A stretch of DNA of 64,000 bases from an uncultured Actinomycetes bacterium (GCA_963841735.1 CAWJDT010000004.1:224001-288000); one strand, 5' to 3'. Positions 31,833-45,941 are shown, numbered from the stretch's first letter. A program made the numbers and translations. Notes: generated by a model from the letters alone, not told the origin.

Positions 31833-32585
31833 CTACCGTATGACATTCATATAGGAATCAATTATCAGCGAGCCAAGAAACAGCGCCACTATGGCGCCAA
31901 ACGCGAGAAAGGGGCCGAACGGCACCTTGGTTTTGCGTGAGGCCTTCTTCACCACCATCAGGTACACGCTCACGAGACTCCCCGACAGGAAGCCCAAGAA
32001 CAGTCCCACTATGACACTTGTTCCCAGAACCGAGCCCATAAAGAGCGCCATCTTGATGTCGCCGGGCCCCATTCCTCCAGGCCAGACCATCGCGAGCGTG
32101 AAGATGAAGAGCGCCGCCCCCGCACTGCTCACGAGATAGACCCACCACGCTTGCGGATCGAGCGCCACAGAGGCGGCCAGACCGAGCACAGTTCCGGGGA
32201 GCACTATCTTGTTTGGAATGATCATGTGGTCATAGTCTATGAAAGCCACGGCGATCAGGGCGGCTATGAAGGCCCACGCCACCAGCAACGACCACTGCTC
32301 ACCAAACCGCCACGCAGCCAGGCCGAATAGAACCCCCGTCATAGCCTCGACCACGGGGTAGCGGATGGATATCGACTTGCCGCAGGCCCGGCACCGGCCC
32401 CTCAGGATCAGCCAACTCGCAACGGGCAGATTGTCATGCCAGTGAATGCCGACCCCGCAACCGGGACAGTGAGAGCCTGGCCTTGCCAAGGATTCGTGCC
32501 GCGGAAGGCGATAGATGACCACGTTCAAGAAACTGCCCAGTATTAGACCGAACACCACCGAGAACACATATACCAGTGCCTGCAT
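31833..32585 (-). CDS. pilD: Prepilin peptidase/N-methyltransferase
   Basis: GSFLNVVIYRLP, two CxxC pairs, FID and GMGPGD aspartate motifs, and PFGPFL. Confidence 0.95.
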   Translation of the reverse strand: MQALVYVFSVVFGLILGSFLNVVIYRLPRHESLARPGSHCPGCGVGIHWHDNLPVASWLILRGRCRACGKSISIRYPVVEAMTGVLFGLAAWRFGEQWSLLVAWAFIAALIAVAFIDYDHMIIPNKIVLPGTVLGLAASVALDPQAWWVYLVSSAGAALFIFTLAMVWPGGMGPGDIKMALFMGSVLGTSVIVGLFLGFLSGSLVSVYLMVVKKASRKTKVPFGPFLAFGAIVALFLGSLIIDSYMNVIR

Positions 32586-32754
32586 CCAGCCTCCCCCATC
32601 CTCGCACCCGGCCATATCTGCCGCTTATGCGCGATCACTCGCGCCGAAATCATTTACGCCATTGTATCTGGGCATCAACCCAAACTGTGTGCGACTTTGG
32701 TCCGATACGACCGCCAGACGCCCGGCGCCAGAACTGCTGGACCTTAGCCCACTG

Positions 32755-33663
32755 CTACGGCAGCCAGCCGCCCGCTTTCATAGCCTCACGCAACACCTGC
32801 TGACCGGCGACCGTCATGCGCTCAAGGGGAGCCCGCAACGGGCCCGCCGGCAGGCCCAACCATTCGAGCGCCTGCTTGACCGGAGTAGGATTGGGCTCCA
32901 CAAACAGCGCGTCCACCAAGTCGATTGTGCGGTAGTGGAGCTCGCGCGCATCCTCCAGGCGACCACTCCACACCGATTCGCACATCGCCTTGACCTCGCG
33001 GCCCACAACATGAGCAACAGCGGCTATAGCGCCGGCTCCTCCGTGGCATAGGAGGCTGAAGGTCATGACGTCCTCGCCGCAGTAGATCTTAAAAGTTTCG
33101 GGATCCGTGGACCGATAGATCTGCATCATCTGGTGAAGATCGTTGGAACAATCCTTGAGACCCACGACCGTCGGTATCTCAGCCCACATCCGCGTAATGG
33201 TACTGGGCTCGATATTGCGACCCGTCCTGCCAGGAATGTTGTAGATCACCATCGGAAGCTTCGAAGCCTTGGCGATGGCCGCGTAATGATCAAAGATGCC
33301 GTTCTGACTGGGCTTGTTGTAGTAGGGGCCCACCTGCAGAGTGGCATCTGCGCCGGCCTCAGCCACCATCTTCGTGAGAGACACCGCTTCCGTGGTGGAA
33401 TTCGACCCCGCCGAAGCAATCACCGGCACGCGCCTACGCGTCTGTTTCACCACTACCCGGACTACCTCGACATGTTCCTCGTGCGACAGTGTTGTCGACT
33501 CCCCCGTCGTGCCGCAAGGCACAACCCCATCACATCCCATTTCTTCGATGACGTAGTCGACCAGGGTGGCCAGGCCCTGGTAGTCGACACTCAGATCTTC
33601 GTTGAACGGAGTAATCAGAGGGACTATCACGCCCCGAAGATTCCACTCTACCTTTGTAACCAC
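32755..33663 (-). CDS. dapA: 4-hydroxy-tetrahydrodipicolinate synthase
   Basis: Motifs ITPF, GTTGES, PYYNKP, YNIPGRTG, GLKD and NPTPVK. GTG start follows GGGAGG. Confidence 0.94.
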   Translation of the reverse strand: MVTKVEWNLRGVIVPLITPFNEDLSVDYQGLATLVDYVIEEMGCDGVVPCGTTGESTTLSHEEHVEVVRVVVKQTRRRVPVIASAGSNSTTEAVSLTKMVAEAGADATLQVGPYYNKPSQNGIFDHYAAIAKASKLPMVIYNIPGRTGRNIEPSTITRMWAEIPTVVGLKDCSNDLHQMMQIYRSTDPETFKIYCGEDVMTFSLLCHGGAGAIAAVAHVVGREVKAMCESVWSGRLEDARELHYRTIDLVDALFVEPNPTPVKQALEWLGLPAGPLRAPLERMTVAGQQVLREAMKAGGWLP

Positions 33664-33714
33664 TCTACCCTCCCAAGTGTCGCGGAGGCTGCAAACGCCT
33701 TTACCGTCCAGAGC

Positions 33715-33742
33715 ATTATAGGGGGTAGGGCGCCAGAGACAA
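33715..33742 (-). promoter_or_regulatory. sigma70-type promoter for dapA
   Basis: TTGTCT-N16-TATAAT. Confidence 0.55.
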
Positions 33743-33745
33743 GAC

Positions 33746-33780
33746 AAAATAAAAGAAGCCCGCCATTTCTGGCGGGCTTC
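33746..33780 (-). terminator. Intrinsic terminator of the rRNA operon
   Basis: An 11-bp stem GAAGCCCGCCA/TGGCGGGCTTC followed by TTTTATTTT on the minus strand. Confidence 0.9.
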
Positions 33781-33787
33781 AAAATAA

Positions 33788-33905
<118 letters not shown>

Positions 33906-33966
33906 ACTCTAAAAGCGTATCCCGTGCGCACACCTTCAAAACTGCATAGTGAATAGTAATATATTA

Positions 33967-36962
<2,996 letters not shown>

Positions 36963-37226
36963 AGAAAACATATTACTTTACATTCACTATGCAGATTTCA
37001 AGGTGCGCGCGAAGCAATGCTTCACGGACTGGAAGAGCCGCGTCAATAACGAGCGCGGTCTTTCAAAACTGAACAGCGTTGTCTGGAAAGCGCACGATCA
37101 CACGCTTTCCAACCATGTCGACGTACTTCCAGGTTTCCGCATCCACTGCGTTACCGATGCGTTTAGCGCGATCGGGTCTCACAGCTTGATGGATGCAGAC
37201 CTGCGGTGTTGGTCACCGCAAATCCC

Positions 37227-38779
<1,553 letters not shown>

Positions 38780-38960
38780 GTATTTCGAAACGGACTTGCG
38801 TCCGGATCTGACTTTTGGAAGAGCTGAATTAGCTCTCAAAGTAATTTGTCTAGCAATCGGTAGGTGCCCGATTGCAGACGGGGTCGAGGATCGTCATCTC
38901 ACTAGAAGACGACGTCCTCGAAGATTCGTTGCTGGCAGACCTGACTGTCAAAGTCCGATC

Positions 38961-38990
38961 TGACAACGCTGTTCAGTTTTCAAAGACCAC
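38961..38990 (-). promoter_or_regulatory. rrn leader boxA and 5' arm of the 16S processing stem
   Basis: TGGTCTTTGAAAACTGAACAGCGTTGTC is complementary to the ITS at 37057-37084. A matching 23S stem pairs 36981-37011 with 33923-33956. Confidence 0.75.
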
Positions 38991-39013
38991 TGCGCTCTTA
39001 GGCGCGGCCGGGA

Positions 39014-39042
39014 AGGTTAGCATCGTATCGAATCGGCGTCAA
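39014..39042 (-). promoter_or_regulatory. rrn proximal promoter
   Basis: TTGACG-N17-TAACCT. Confidence 0.75.
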
Positions 39043-39228
39043 CCCGCCGTGCAAACTCGCTGACTTCACCTTCCCACCAGAGAGACAAAAGCCTCTCCTC
39101 ACAACAAACGAGCCGCCCAAACACTGCACAGGCGGCTCCGAGAATCGCGGCTATCAGCTTCGTTAGCCGCGCATCTCCACCCGGTCGCTCGTGCTGTCGA
39201 GGTGTGTTCGTATCATCGTGAGAGCGGT

Positions 39229-39257
39229 AGTTTAGACCCTCCAGTTACCAGCGTCAA
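39229..39257 (-). promoter_or_regulatory. Distal promoter upstream of rrn
   Basis: TTGACG-N17-TAAACT. Confidence 0.72.
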
Positions 39258-39284
39258 TAGCGAAACGACCCCATTTGGAATCAT

Positions 39285-39914
39285 TTATTGGTTTCCCACC
39301 GGAATGATGAGATGCATGCTCAGAGCGGTAGCCACGACGACTTCCTCCGCTACGCCGCGGCCGTACACACCGTACCACCTACCCGTGTCGCTCCACTGGA
39401 CCAGCAAGCCACCGTTCAAGTCATATAGTGTCGCCGCGTGACCCTCCACCTCCCCCACGGTCTCACCCGTGACGTCGCCCAGGTCACCACGCACATTCTC
39501 CATCACCACCAGCCACCCCTCCCCGGCCTGCAGGACCACCTGCACCTCTGTGTCGTCAGCACCCCCACCCATGATGCGCGGGTTGGCAAATGGCGGCCCC
39601 GCATAGGCATCGGGTCCCGCGACTTCCACGACCGGCCACCAATCTGCCGACACGGTGGCCCCGGCGGGCAGGTCGGTGGGTCCGTAGATCGGCATCGACG
39701 GCAAATCCGCCGCGACTTCGTCAAAGACCGCGTCAACCCCGTCTGAGTCACCCGTGATGACAAGTGCGCTGGTTGTGGTGATAGCAGGTATTGCCAGTGA
39801 GTCGTCAGCCTCCATCCCGTTGCCGCAGCCCGATGCCGCGGCCCCGAAGGCTACAACCAACAGACTGGTGACCGTAGCAACCACCCGTACCTGCAGCGTC
39901 CGCTTCCCGCACAT
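39285..39914 (-). CDS. Hypothetical lipoprotein
   Basis: Signal peptide with lipobox ASGC, acidic mature domain and a GGAGAGG SD. Confidence 0.75.
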   Translation of the reverse strand: MCGKRTLQVRVVATVTSLLVVAFGAAASGCGNGMEADDSLAIPAITTTSALVITGDSDGVDAVFDEVAADLPSMPIYGPTDLPAGATVSADWWPVVEVAGPDAYAGPPFANPRIMGGGADDTEVQVVLQAGEGWLVVMENVRGDLGDVTGETVGEVEGHAATLYDLNGGLLVQWSDTGRWYGVYGRGVAEEVVVATALSMHLIIPVGNQ

Positions 39915-40031
39915 GCCTGCCCCCTCTCCCCATAGCTGTCGATACCGAGCTTTCCGATCAGTCTACGCCGGGGGCCACCCGCGTCACCTCATACTTTGGT
40001 TGTAGATTGGCGCACAGCCTAAGCGCCAACC

Positions 40032-41570
40032 CTACTCGACGCCCTCCGCTGGTACATCGCGCATGAGCAGCACGACGCCCTCCTTCTCATAGATAGCCGA
40101 AAATCCCTCGGCCCCTAGTTGCGAGAGAACCTTGAGAGTCTCCTGCGGCAGAATGGACGGCAGGTCGAGAACGTACTCCACATCGTCGGCCATGGGCAGC
40201 CGCCGCCCCTTCTGCGAATCATCGCCCCAGTAGGTAGCACTGAAGGGAGTTGGAAACACATACAGCCGCTCTCGGTGGGTCAGATGAGAGGCGAACTTGT
40301 CACCCGCGGCCACCACTGCGTCATCAGGGATCAGAGAAACTGCCTCTTCCGCCGCCAGCACTTGAGGATTGTGGATATCTGCATTGGTGCCCGAGTCGCG
40401 GCTGAAAGGCAGCGGCCCCCACAAATAGGCCGAAAACAGTGCAGCCGCAAGCATCGCCCCTGCCAGGATCCTCCGCCATCTGAGCGCCCTGAAACGCTCC
40501 AGGCTAAGAATAGCCACCGCGCAGAATACTGTGAGGATGAGGCTCGTGTAGTGGTAGTGCAGGTTCGTCTGGTACCAGAAGTTGCTGATCAGGTTGAAGA
40601 ACAATATGGGCAACACTATGACCGTACGCCAGTTCAGCAAAGGCAGGAACAGAACAGGTGTGAGGAGCTGAAAGAGGTACTTCAGCTTGTCCTCGGTAAG
40701 CATGTAGGCGCCCACGGTCCAAGGGCTCTCGATGCCCGTGGCCGTCAACCCGCCCCACCCGCCAAAGGGGATGCGCCATGAGTCCAGGTTCGCCGCCCCG
40801 GTGCGACTCAGTGCCGGCTGCACCAAGAACATCATCAGGCAGAACCACACCAGGGCCATGCCGGCCGTCACTAGGCCCATCTTCCGATTGTGGCAAAGCG
40901 CCACGTACATGCCGAGAGGGACAAGAACGAGCGCCACATCCTCCTTTATCAACATGAGTAGAACCACCATCACTAGATAGGGCCGCCAGCGACCTCGCAC
41001 CACGAAGTACAGGGCGAAGAGCAGTAGCGGGACCTCCAAGCTGTCGGGGTGGAAGTTCTCCAAGTTGAGCCAGCCAAGTGCCGGAGTCAAGAGATAAGCA
41101 GCCGCCGGTATCAAGGCCAGCCAACGATTGCGAAGCACCATCCTCCCAAGAAGGAAGACAGGTACCGCCCCCACGGTCAGAGCCAGCGTCTGGACTACGA
41201 GCAGAGTCTGCGGATCGGGTGCGATCCAGTAAAGTGGAACGAGAAGCACGAGGATCCACGTGGAGTGGTCTCCGAATATGTTGAGCCCCAGTACGGTCAC
41301 AAACGGTTCTTTGAACCGACTCATGAGCCACAACGCCTGGTCGTAGATGCCGATGTCGAAACCGGGAGCTAGGTACGCTCGGTACTTCAGGATGGACCAG
41401 ATTCCGTAGAATGCCGCGTAGGCCACCATAGCCGCCGCGAGCACGGCCCAGGGACCCCAACGGTGCGCCGCCAGTCTACAAGAACGCGCTCGCCTGCCAA
41501 CGAATGCTCGATCACCGCCCCGGCTGGGGGCGACCGGCTCGTCTGCCGTCCTCTGTGACAACGATGTCAC
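40032..41570 (-). CDS. DUF2079-family multi-pass membrane protein (GT-C-like)
   Basis: Motifs FDIGIYDQ..W, FGDH, P.Y..AP, ENFHP, KED and YHY, with many TM helices. Start is uncertain. Confidence 0.8.
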   Translation of the reverse strand: MTSLSQRTADEPVAPSRGGDRAFVGRRARSCRLAAHRWGPWAVLAAAMVAYAAFYGIWSILKYRAYLAPGFDIGIYDQALWLMSRFKEPFVTVLGLNIFGDHSTWILVLLVPLYWIAPDPQTLLVVQTLALTVGAVPVFLLGRMVLRNRWLALIPAAAYLLTPALGWLNLENFHPDSLEVPLLLFALYFVVRGRWRPYLVMVVLLMLIKEDVALVLVPLGMYVALCHNRKMGLVTAGMALVWFCLMMFLVQPALSRTGAANLDSWRIPFGGWGGLTATGIESPWTVGAYMLTEDKLKYLFQLLTPVLFLPLLNWRTVIVLPILFFNLISNFWYQTNLHYHYTSLILTVFCAVAILSLERFRALRWRRILAGAMLAAALFSAYLWGPLPFSRDSGTNADIHNPQVLAAEEAVSLIPDDAVVAAGDKFASHLTHRERLYVFPTPFSATYWGDDSQKGRRLPMADDVEYVLDLPSILPQETLKVLSQLGAEGFSAIYEKEGVVLLMRDVPAEGVE

Positions 41571-41598
41571 GAAAGTACCGCCCCCACCGGCCCTCGCT

Positions 41599-42852
41599 CT
41601 ACACGATCCGAGCGAACTTCCGTTTGCCCACCTGGACCACCATTCCCTTGAGAGCCCCTAGGTCCAGCTCGAGACAAGAGTCTCGGACAGTCTCGTCGTC
41701 AAGCTTCACTCCCCCCTGCTCGATCAGCCGCCGGGCCTCAGCGTTGGACGACGCCAGACCCAGTGCCGTCAGCAACCGGGGCAGCCAAACCAGGCCGTTA
41801 AGCACGGCTTCGGCCGGCAACGAGGTTTCCGGTATCTCAGCCGGCCGGTCCTTCTCTCGGAATAGCCGATCGAAGTGCCCGCGCGCGCCTTGCGCAGCAT
41901 CTGGGGAGTGATACAGGGTCACTAGCCGCTCCGCCAGATCACGCTTGGCTTCCGCCGGATGATACTCGCCCGCCTCCAAACGCCGCTCGACGGACTCCAC
42001 TTCGCGCCGGCCCGCCCCGGTCAGAAGACTCCAATACATGACCATCAAGGAATCGGGGATAGACATGATCTTGCCGAACATGTCCTCCGGGGCGTCGTGG
42101 ACTCCGACGTAGTTGCCATACGATTTGGACATCTTCTGTTCTCCGTCAAGGCCCACCAGCAGCGGCACCGTAAGAATGCTCTGCGGCGAGAGACCGTACG
42201 CCTCCATGATCGTGCGGCCCATCAGAAGATTGAACGTCTGATCGGTACCCCCCAGCTCGATGTCGGCCCGGACGGCCACACTGTCGTAGCCCTGCAGCAG
42301 CGGGTACATGAACTCAAGCATCGATATCGGTTCGTTCGCCCGATAGCGCCGCGAAAAGTCGTCGCGCTCTAGCATCCGCGCCACCGTGACCGTGGCGGTG
42401 AGACGAAGGACCTCGTCCATGCGCAAGGGGCCCAGCCAATCGCCGTTGCGGGTCAGCTCCACCTTATCCATGTCGAGCACTTTCGCCGCCTGCTCGACGT
42501 ACGTATGAGCATTAGCGCTGATTTCCTCATCCAAGAGGCGCGGCCTCGTCTTGGAGCGACCAGAAGGGTCACCCACCTTGGCGGTGTAGTCGCCAATGAT
42601 GAGCACTGCGGTGTGCCCGAAGCGTTGAAACTGGGCCAGCTTGCGCAGGACCACAGTATGGCCGAAGTGGATGTCCGGCGCCGTAGGATCCACACCAAGC
42701 TTCACCCGTAGCGGCCGTCCTTCGGCTCGTGCTCTGGCCAGCTGATGCAACAACTCCTGCTCCGGCAACACATCCACGCTGCCGAGTAGCAGCTCTTCAT
42801 ATTCTTCTTTGACCTCGGACGAAATGTCCTCACACACCTGTCGCCCCTCCAT
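41599..42852 (-). CDS. tyrS: Tyrosine--tRNA ligase
   Basis: Motifs GVDPTAPDIHFGH, YPLLQGYD, GGTDQ and KMSKS, plus C-terminal S4 (QVGKRKF). Confidence 0.97.
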   Translation of the reverse strand: MEGRQVCEDISSEVKEEYEELLLGSVDVLPEQELLHQLARARAEGRPLRVKLGVDPTAPDIHFGHTVVLRKLAQFQRFGHTAVLIIGDYTAKVGDPSGRSKTRPRLLDEEISANAHTYVEQAAKVLDMDKVELTRNGDWLGPLRMDEVLRLTATVTVARMLERDDFSRRYRANEPISMLEFMYPLLQGYDSVAVRADIELGGTDQTFNLLMGRTIMEAYGLSPQSILTVPLLVGLDGEQKMSKSYGNYVGVHDAPEDMFGKIMSIPDSLMVMYWSLLTGAGRREVESVERRLEAGEYHPAEAKRDLAERLVTLYHSPDAAQGARGHFDRLFREKDRPAEIPETSLPAEAVLNGLVWLPRLLTALGLASSNAEARRLIEQGGVKLDDETVRDSCLELDLGALKGMVVQVGKRKFARIV

Positions 42853-42898
42853 CGGCCACCTCCCGCTCGGCAGCATACCATGGGTCTATTACGTACTC

Positions 42899-43855
42899 CT
42901 ATGCCCGACTAACCCGGGTGAATCCCGAGCACGCCACTACGTCGACGCCTTCGCGCTCGAACTGGTCGATTATCAAGTTCATCCCCAGAGAATCAGAGGA
43001 AATGTGCCCAGCAATGACAACGTTGAGGTGCTCGGCCTTGGCCTTCTTGCGATGCTCCTCGCCCATGTGCATGCCCACTATCGTGCCCACTCCGGCCGCC
43101 GCCAGTTTGGCCAAAGAGTCTACGGGTCCGGACGTTCCCCCGGTCATATCAACCATTATCTTGCCCGTACGGCCCTCGCCATCGCCCTGGAAGATGACCG
43201 GGCCCATCCCCTGAAGGACTGCCTCCCTATACTCGGGGATGTTCTTGAGCATGTCCAATAGCTCCTCGACGGTGCCGTCGGTACCCAGTTCATCGCAGCG
43301 CGCCTGCACGAAGCCGTTGACGCTGTTGTCGGCCGGAGTGTGGCAGCACATGTACGCAAGACCGAGCAGACGGGCCGCATCCAGCGAGCGTTCGTTGTTA
43401 CGTGGGTGCAATGCCCGCATGATCTCAGCCATCCTATCGTTCATGACCGAATCGCCGTAGCCCACCGACACTCCGAAGTTGTGCCACACGTCAGCCTGAA
43501 GGCCCATGACCTGCTCCAGACGAGCCAGCGCCCTCCCCTCAGGATGATGGGCAAACATCAAATCGATCTGAGTGCCCTTGGCCCGAAGTGTATCCGCCAA
43601 CAAGACCTCCCCCACCTCAAGGTCGATACCTACCATCATCTTGCCGATCTCCTGATCCGGATCGCCCAGCAAGATACGAGTGTCGGCGTAGGGGTTCAGC
43701 AAGGCCTCCTGGTCGAACTCCCACCGTCTGCGTTCGGGTAGGTCGGCAAAGTCCTTTTTGAAACGTGCGAGGACTCGCGCCACCCCCTCCGGTCCGCGCG
43801 GGTCGGCGGCGATGCCCGACTGGTATGCCATCTCGTATATCGTGCGCAGCTTCAT
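42899..43855 (-). CDS. NIF3/DUF34-related metal-binding protein ('NGG1p interacting factor NIF3' type)
   Basis: Motifs NPYADTRIL, GID, AHHPEG, HTPADN, MH and AGHISSD..G.N. Confidence 0.8.
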   Translation of the reverse strand: MKLRTIYEMAYQSGIAADPRGPEGVARVLARFKKDFADLPERRRWEFDQEALLNPYADTRILLGDPDQEIGKMMVGIDLEVGEVLLADTLRAKGTQIDLMFAHHPEGRALARLEQVMGLQADVWHNFGVSVGYGDSVMNDRMAEIMRALHPRNNERSLDAARLLGLAYMCCHTPADNSVNGFVQARCDELGTDGTVEELLDMLKNIPEYREAVLQGMGPVIFQGDGEGRTGKIMVDMTGGTSGPVDSLAKLAAAGVGTIVGMHMGEEHRKKAKAEHLNVVIAGHISSDSLGMNLIIDQFEREGVDVVACSGFTRVSRA

Positions 43856-44460
43856 GTCCGGTCCTCTCTTCTCTGTCGCCCGCTGCCACTCACAAACTTG
43901 CTCCCTGCCGCATAGAACCTCAGGGGGAGCAGGCGCCCCTGGGAGATACCGATGCGTGAAGATACTGACACCTCCGGCCTCGCGCCGTCATCGATGACAT
44001 CAAGGCCTGACGTGCAGCCCAAGTGCCGTCCATTCAACCCCGCGTCGATCAAAAGCGCCCGGGCGGCACGTCCAGGACCCACGGTCCACTGGCCGGGCGG
44101 CCCGCACATCGGCTCGAAGGCTCTTACCAGAACGGCCGAACCCACGCTTTCTCGATCACAGACGATATTGAGCAGCCAATGTACCCCATAGCTCAGAAAC
44201 ACATAGATACTCCCAGGCAGGCCGTACATAGCCGCGTTGCGCATCGTGAGCCCGCGCGCGGCGTGACAGGCGGGGTCGCCTTCGGGAAGATAAGCCTCCA
44301 CCTCGGTCAACCGGCCTCCACCAACGCCGGCCCGCCACAAGATCTTGCCCACCAGAGCTTCCGCCACGATATCCGAGGGTCGCGCGAAGAACTCCGAGCC
44401 CAACAGGATGCCCGGCGGCCGTCCGAGACAAAAGCGTTTACGCTCGGCGACAACAGTCAT
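43852..44460 (-). CDS. mpg: DNA-3-methyladenine glycosylase (AAG/MPG family)
   Basis: Motifs EVEAYL, DPACHA, YV..SYGVH..LNIV, AVLVRA.EP, GPG and RIGIS. Confidence 0.92.
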   Translation of the reverse strand: MTVVAERKRFCLGRPPGILLGSEFFARPSDIVAEALVGKILWRAGVGGGRLTEVEAYLPEGDPACHAARGLTMRNAAMYGLPGSIYVFLSYGVHWLLNIVCDRESVGSAVLVRAFEPMCGPPGQWTVGPGRAARALLIDAGLNGRHLGCTSGLDVIDDGARPEVSVSSRIGISQGRLLPLRFYAAGSKFVSGSGRQRREDRT

Positions 44461-44466
44461 GCAGCA

Positions 44467-44475
44467 ATGTTAACA
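44467..44475 (-). promoter_or_regulatory. Extended -10 (TG-T-TAACAT) 6 nt before the mpg ATG (probable leaderless promoter)
   Basis: Minus strand reads GCTGTTAACATTGCTGCATG, with no SD. Confidence 0.55.
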
Positions 44476-44528
44476 GCCCACCAACACCCCGGAAACACGC
44501 CCACGTGGGACCACGCCAGAGCCGACAG

Positions 44529-45941
44529 CTAGGGCAGCCGCCCCTCGAGCAGACCCTTCGCCAGAGCCAGCTGCTCTGCTACCCGCTGCGGAGCGGTGCC
44601 ACCTGGAGATACCTTGGCAGCGACCACGCGCTCGATGTCCACAACGGCGTAGTAATCGTCGGCAAGGAGCGGGCTGATCTCTTGGAGCTCGGCGCTGGTG
44701 ACGTCGGCCATGGGCCGGCCCTCCGCCGCAAGCAATCCGACCAACCGGCCGGCCACCCGATGGGCCTCCCTGAAAGGCAGGCCTTTGCCAACCAGGTAGT
44801 CGGCAACATCCGTCGCCTGGGCATAGCCGCCCTCGGCCGCCTGCCGCGCCCTGTCGGCGTTGAAAGTCAGGGCCTCGACCATGGCGGTCATGGCCTCCAG
44901 GCAGACGTCCAGCTCCTCCTTCGTGGCGAAGACGTAGAGCTTGTCCTCTTGGAGGTCGCTATTGTAAGCAAGAGGCAGTCCCTTCAGCACCGCGCCTAAC
45001 CCCTGCAAACGGGCTAGGAAGCCGGCAGACTTCGCCCGCACAATCTCGGCTCCATCGGGGTTGCGCTTCTGCGGCATGATGCTGGACCCCGAGGTCCAGC
45101 AGTCGGGAAGCGCGGCCAGACCGAACTCCGCCGTCGTCCACAGCACGATCTCAGAGGCCAGTCGCGACATGGTCAGCGCGCAGTTGGCTGCGATCGCCAA
45201 GTAGTCAAAGGCCATATCTCGAGCCGCCACCGCGTCCATTGCGTTGGGGGCCACGTGGTCAAACCCGAGCTCGGCGGCCACGCCTTCACGGTCCAGTGGA
45301 TAGTTGACTCCGGCCAGGGCCCCAGCGCCCAACGGCATGGTCAATCGCTCCAACCAGTCGCTGAACCGCCGCTGATCCCGCTCCATGGCAAAGAAGTAGG
45401 CCAGCAGATGATGAGCCAGCAGCACCGGTTGTGCCCTCTGTAGGTGAGTGTATCCAGGCATGATGACGCTCTTGCCGCGGTCGGCCTGCTCCCACAACGC
45501 GGCCATCAGCTCCCATAGTGCCTTCTGGTGGCCGCGGACAGCGTCCCGCAGATACAGGTGCAGATCCAGGATCACCTGGTCGTTCCGGCTGCGGCCGGTG
45601 TGCATCTTGCCTCCGACCGGCCCCACCAATTCGGTAAGGCGCCGCTCGATGGCCATGTGTATGTCCTCGTCAGCCAGGGTCCAGGCAAACCGGCCGCCTT
45701 CGACCTCCTCAAGGACCTGCTCCAACCCGGCCAAGATCTGGTCGCCGGCCTCAGTGCTGAGCACTCCGATGCGAACCAGCATGCGCACATGTGCCTGAGA
45801 GCCCTGGATATCGAAGGGCGCGAGAACGTGATCGAACGGAATGGAGGCATGCAGCCGCTCGAACAGGGCCGTGGGGTCCGCGGAGAACCGTCCCCCCCAC
45901 ATCTTGCCGGTACCTCCGCTTGTACCGCCCGCTTGGCTCAC
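44529..45941 (-). CDS. argH: Argininosuccinate lyase
   Basis: Motifs MWGGRF, HTGRSRNDQ, PGYTHLQ and GSSIMPQKRNPD. Confidence 0.97.
   Translation of the reverse strand: MSQAGGTSGGTGKMWGGRFSADPTALFERLHASIPFDHVLAPFDIQGSQAHVRMLVRIGVLSTEAGDQILAGLEQVLEEVEGGRFAWTLADEDIHMAIERRLTELVGPVGGKMHTGRSRNDQVILDLHLYLRDAVRGHQKALWELMAALWEQADRGKSVIMPGYTHLQRAQPVLLAHHLLAYFFAMERDQRRFSDWLERLTMPLGAGALAGVNYPLDREGVAAELGFDHVAPNAMDAVAARDMAFDYLAIAANCALTMSRLASEIVLWTTAEFGLAALPDCWTSGSSIMPQKRNPDGAEIVRAKSAGFLARLQGLGAVLKGLPLAYNSDLQEDKLYVFATKEELDVCLEAMTAMVEALTFNADRARQAAEGGYAQATDVADYLVGKGLPFREAHRVAGRLVGLLAAEGRPMADVTSAELQEISPLLADDYYAVVDIERVVAAKVSPGGTAPQRVAEQLALAKGLLEGRLP

Noticed and set aside
42853-42898. T-box leaders for tyrS (also thrS and pheS)
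   Set aside because: The intergenic gaps are under 50 nt and contain no GGTGGNACCGCG T-box.
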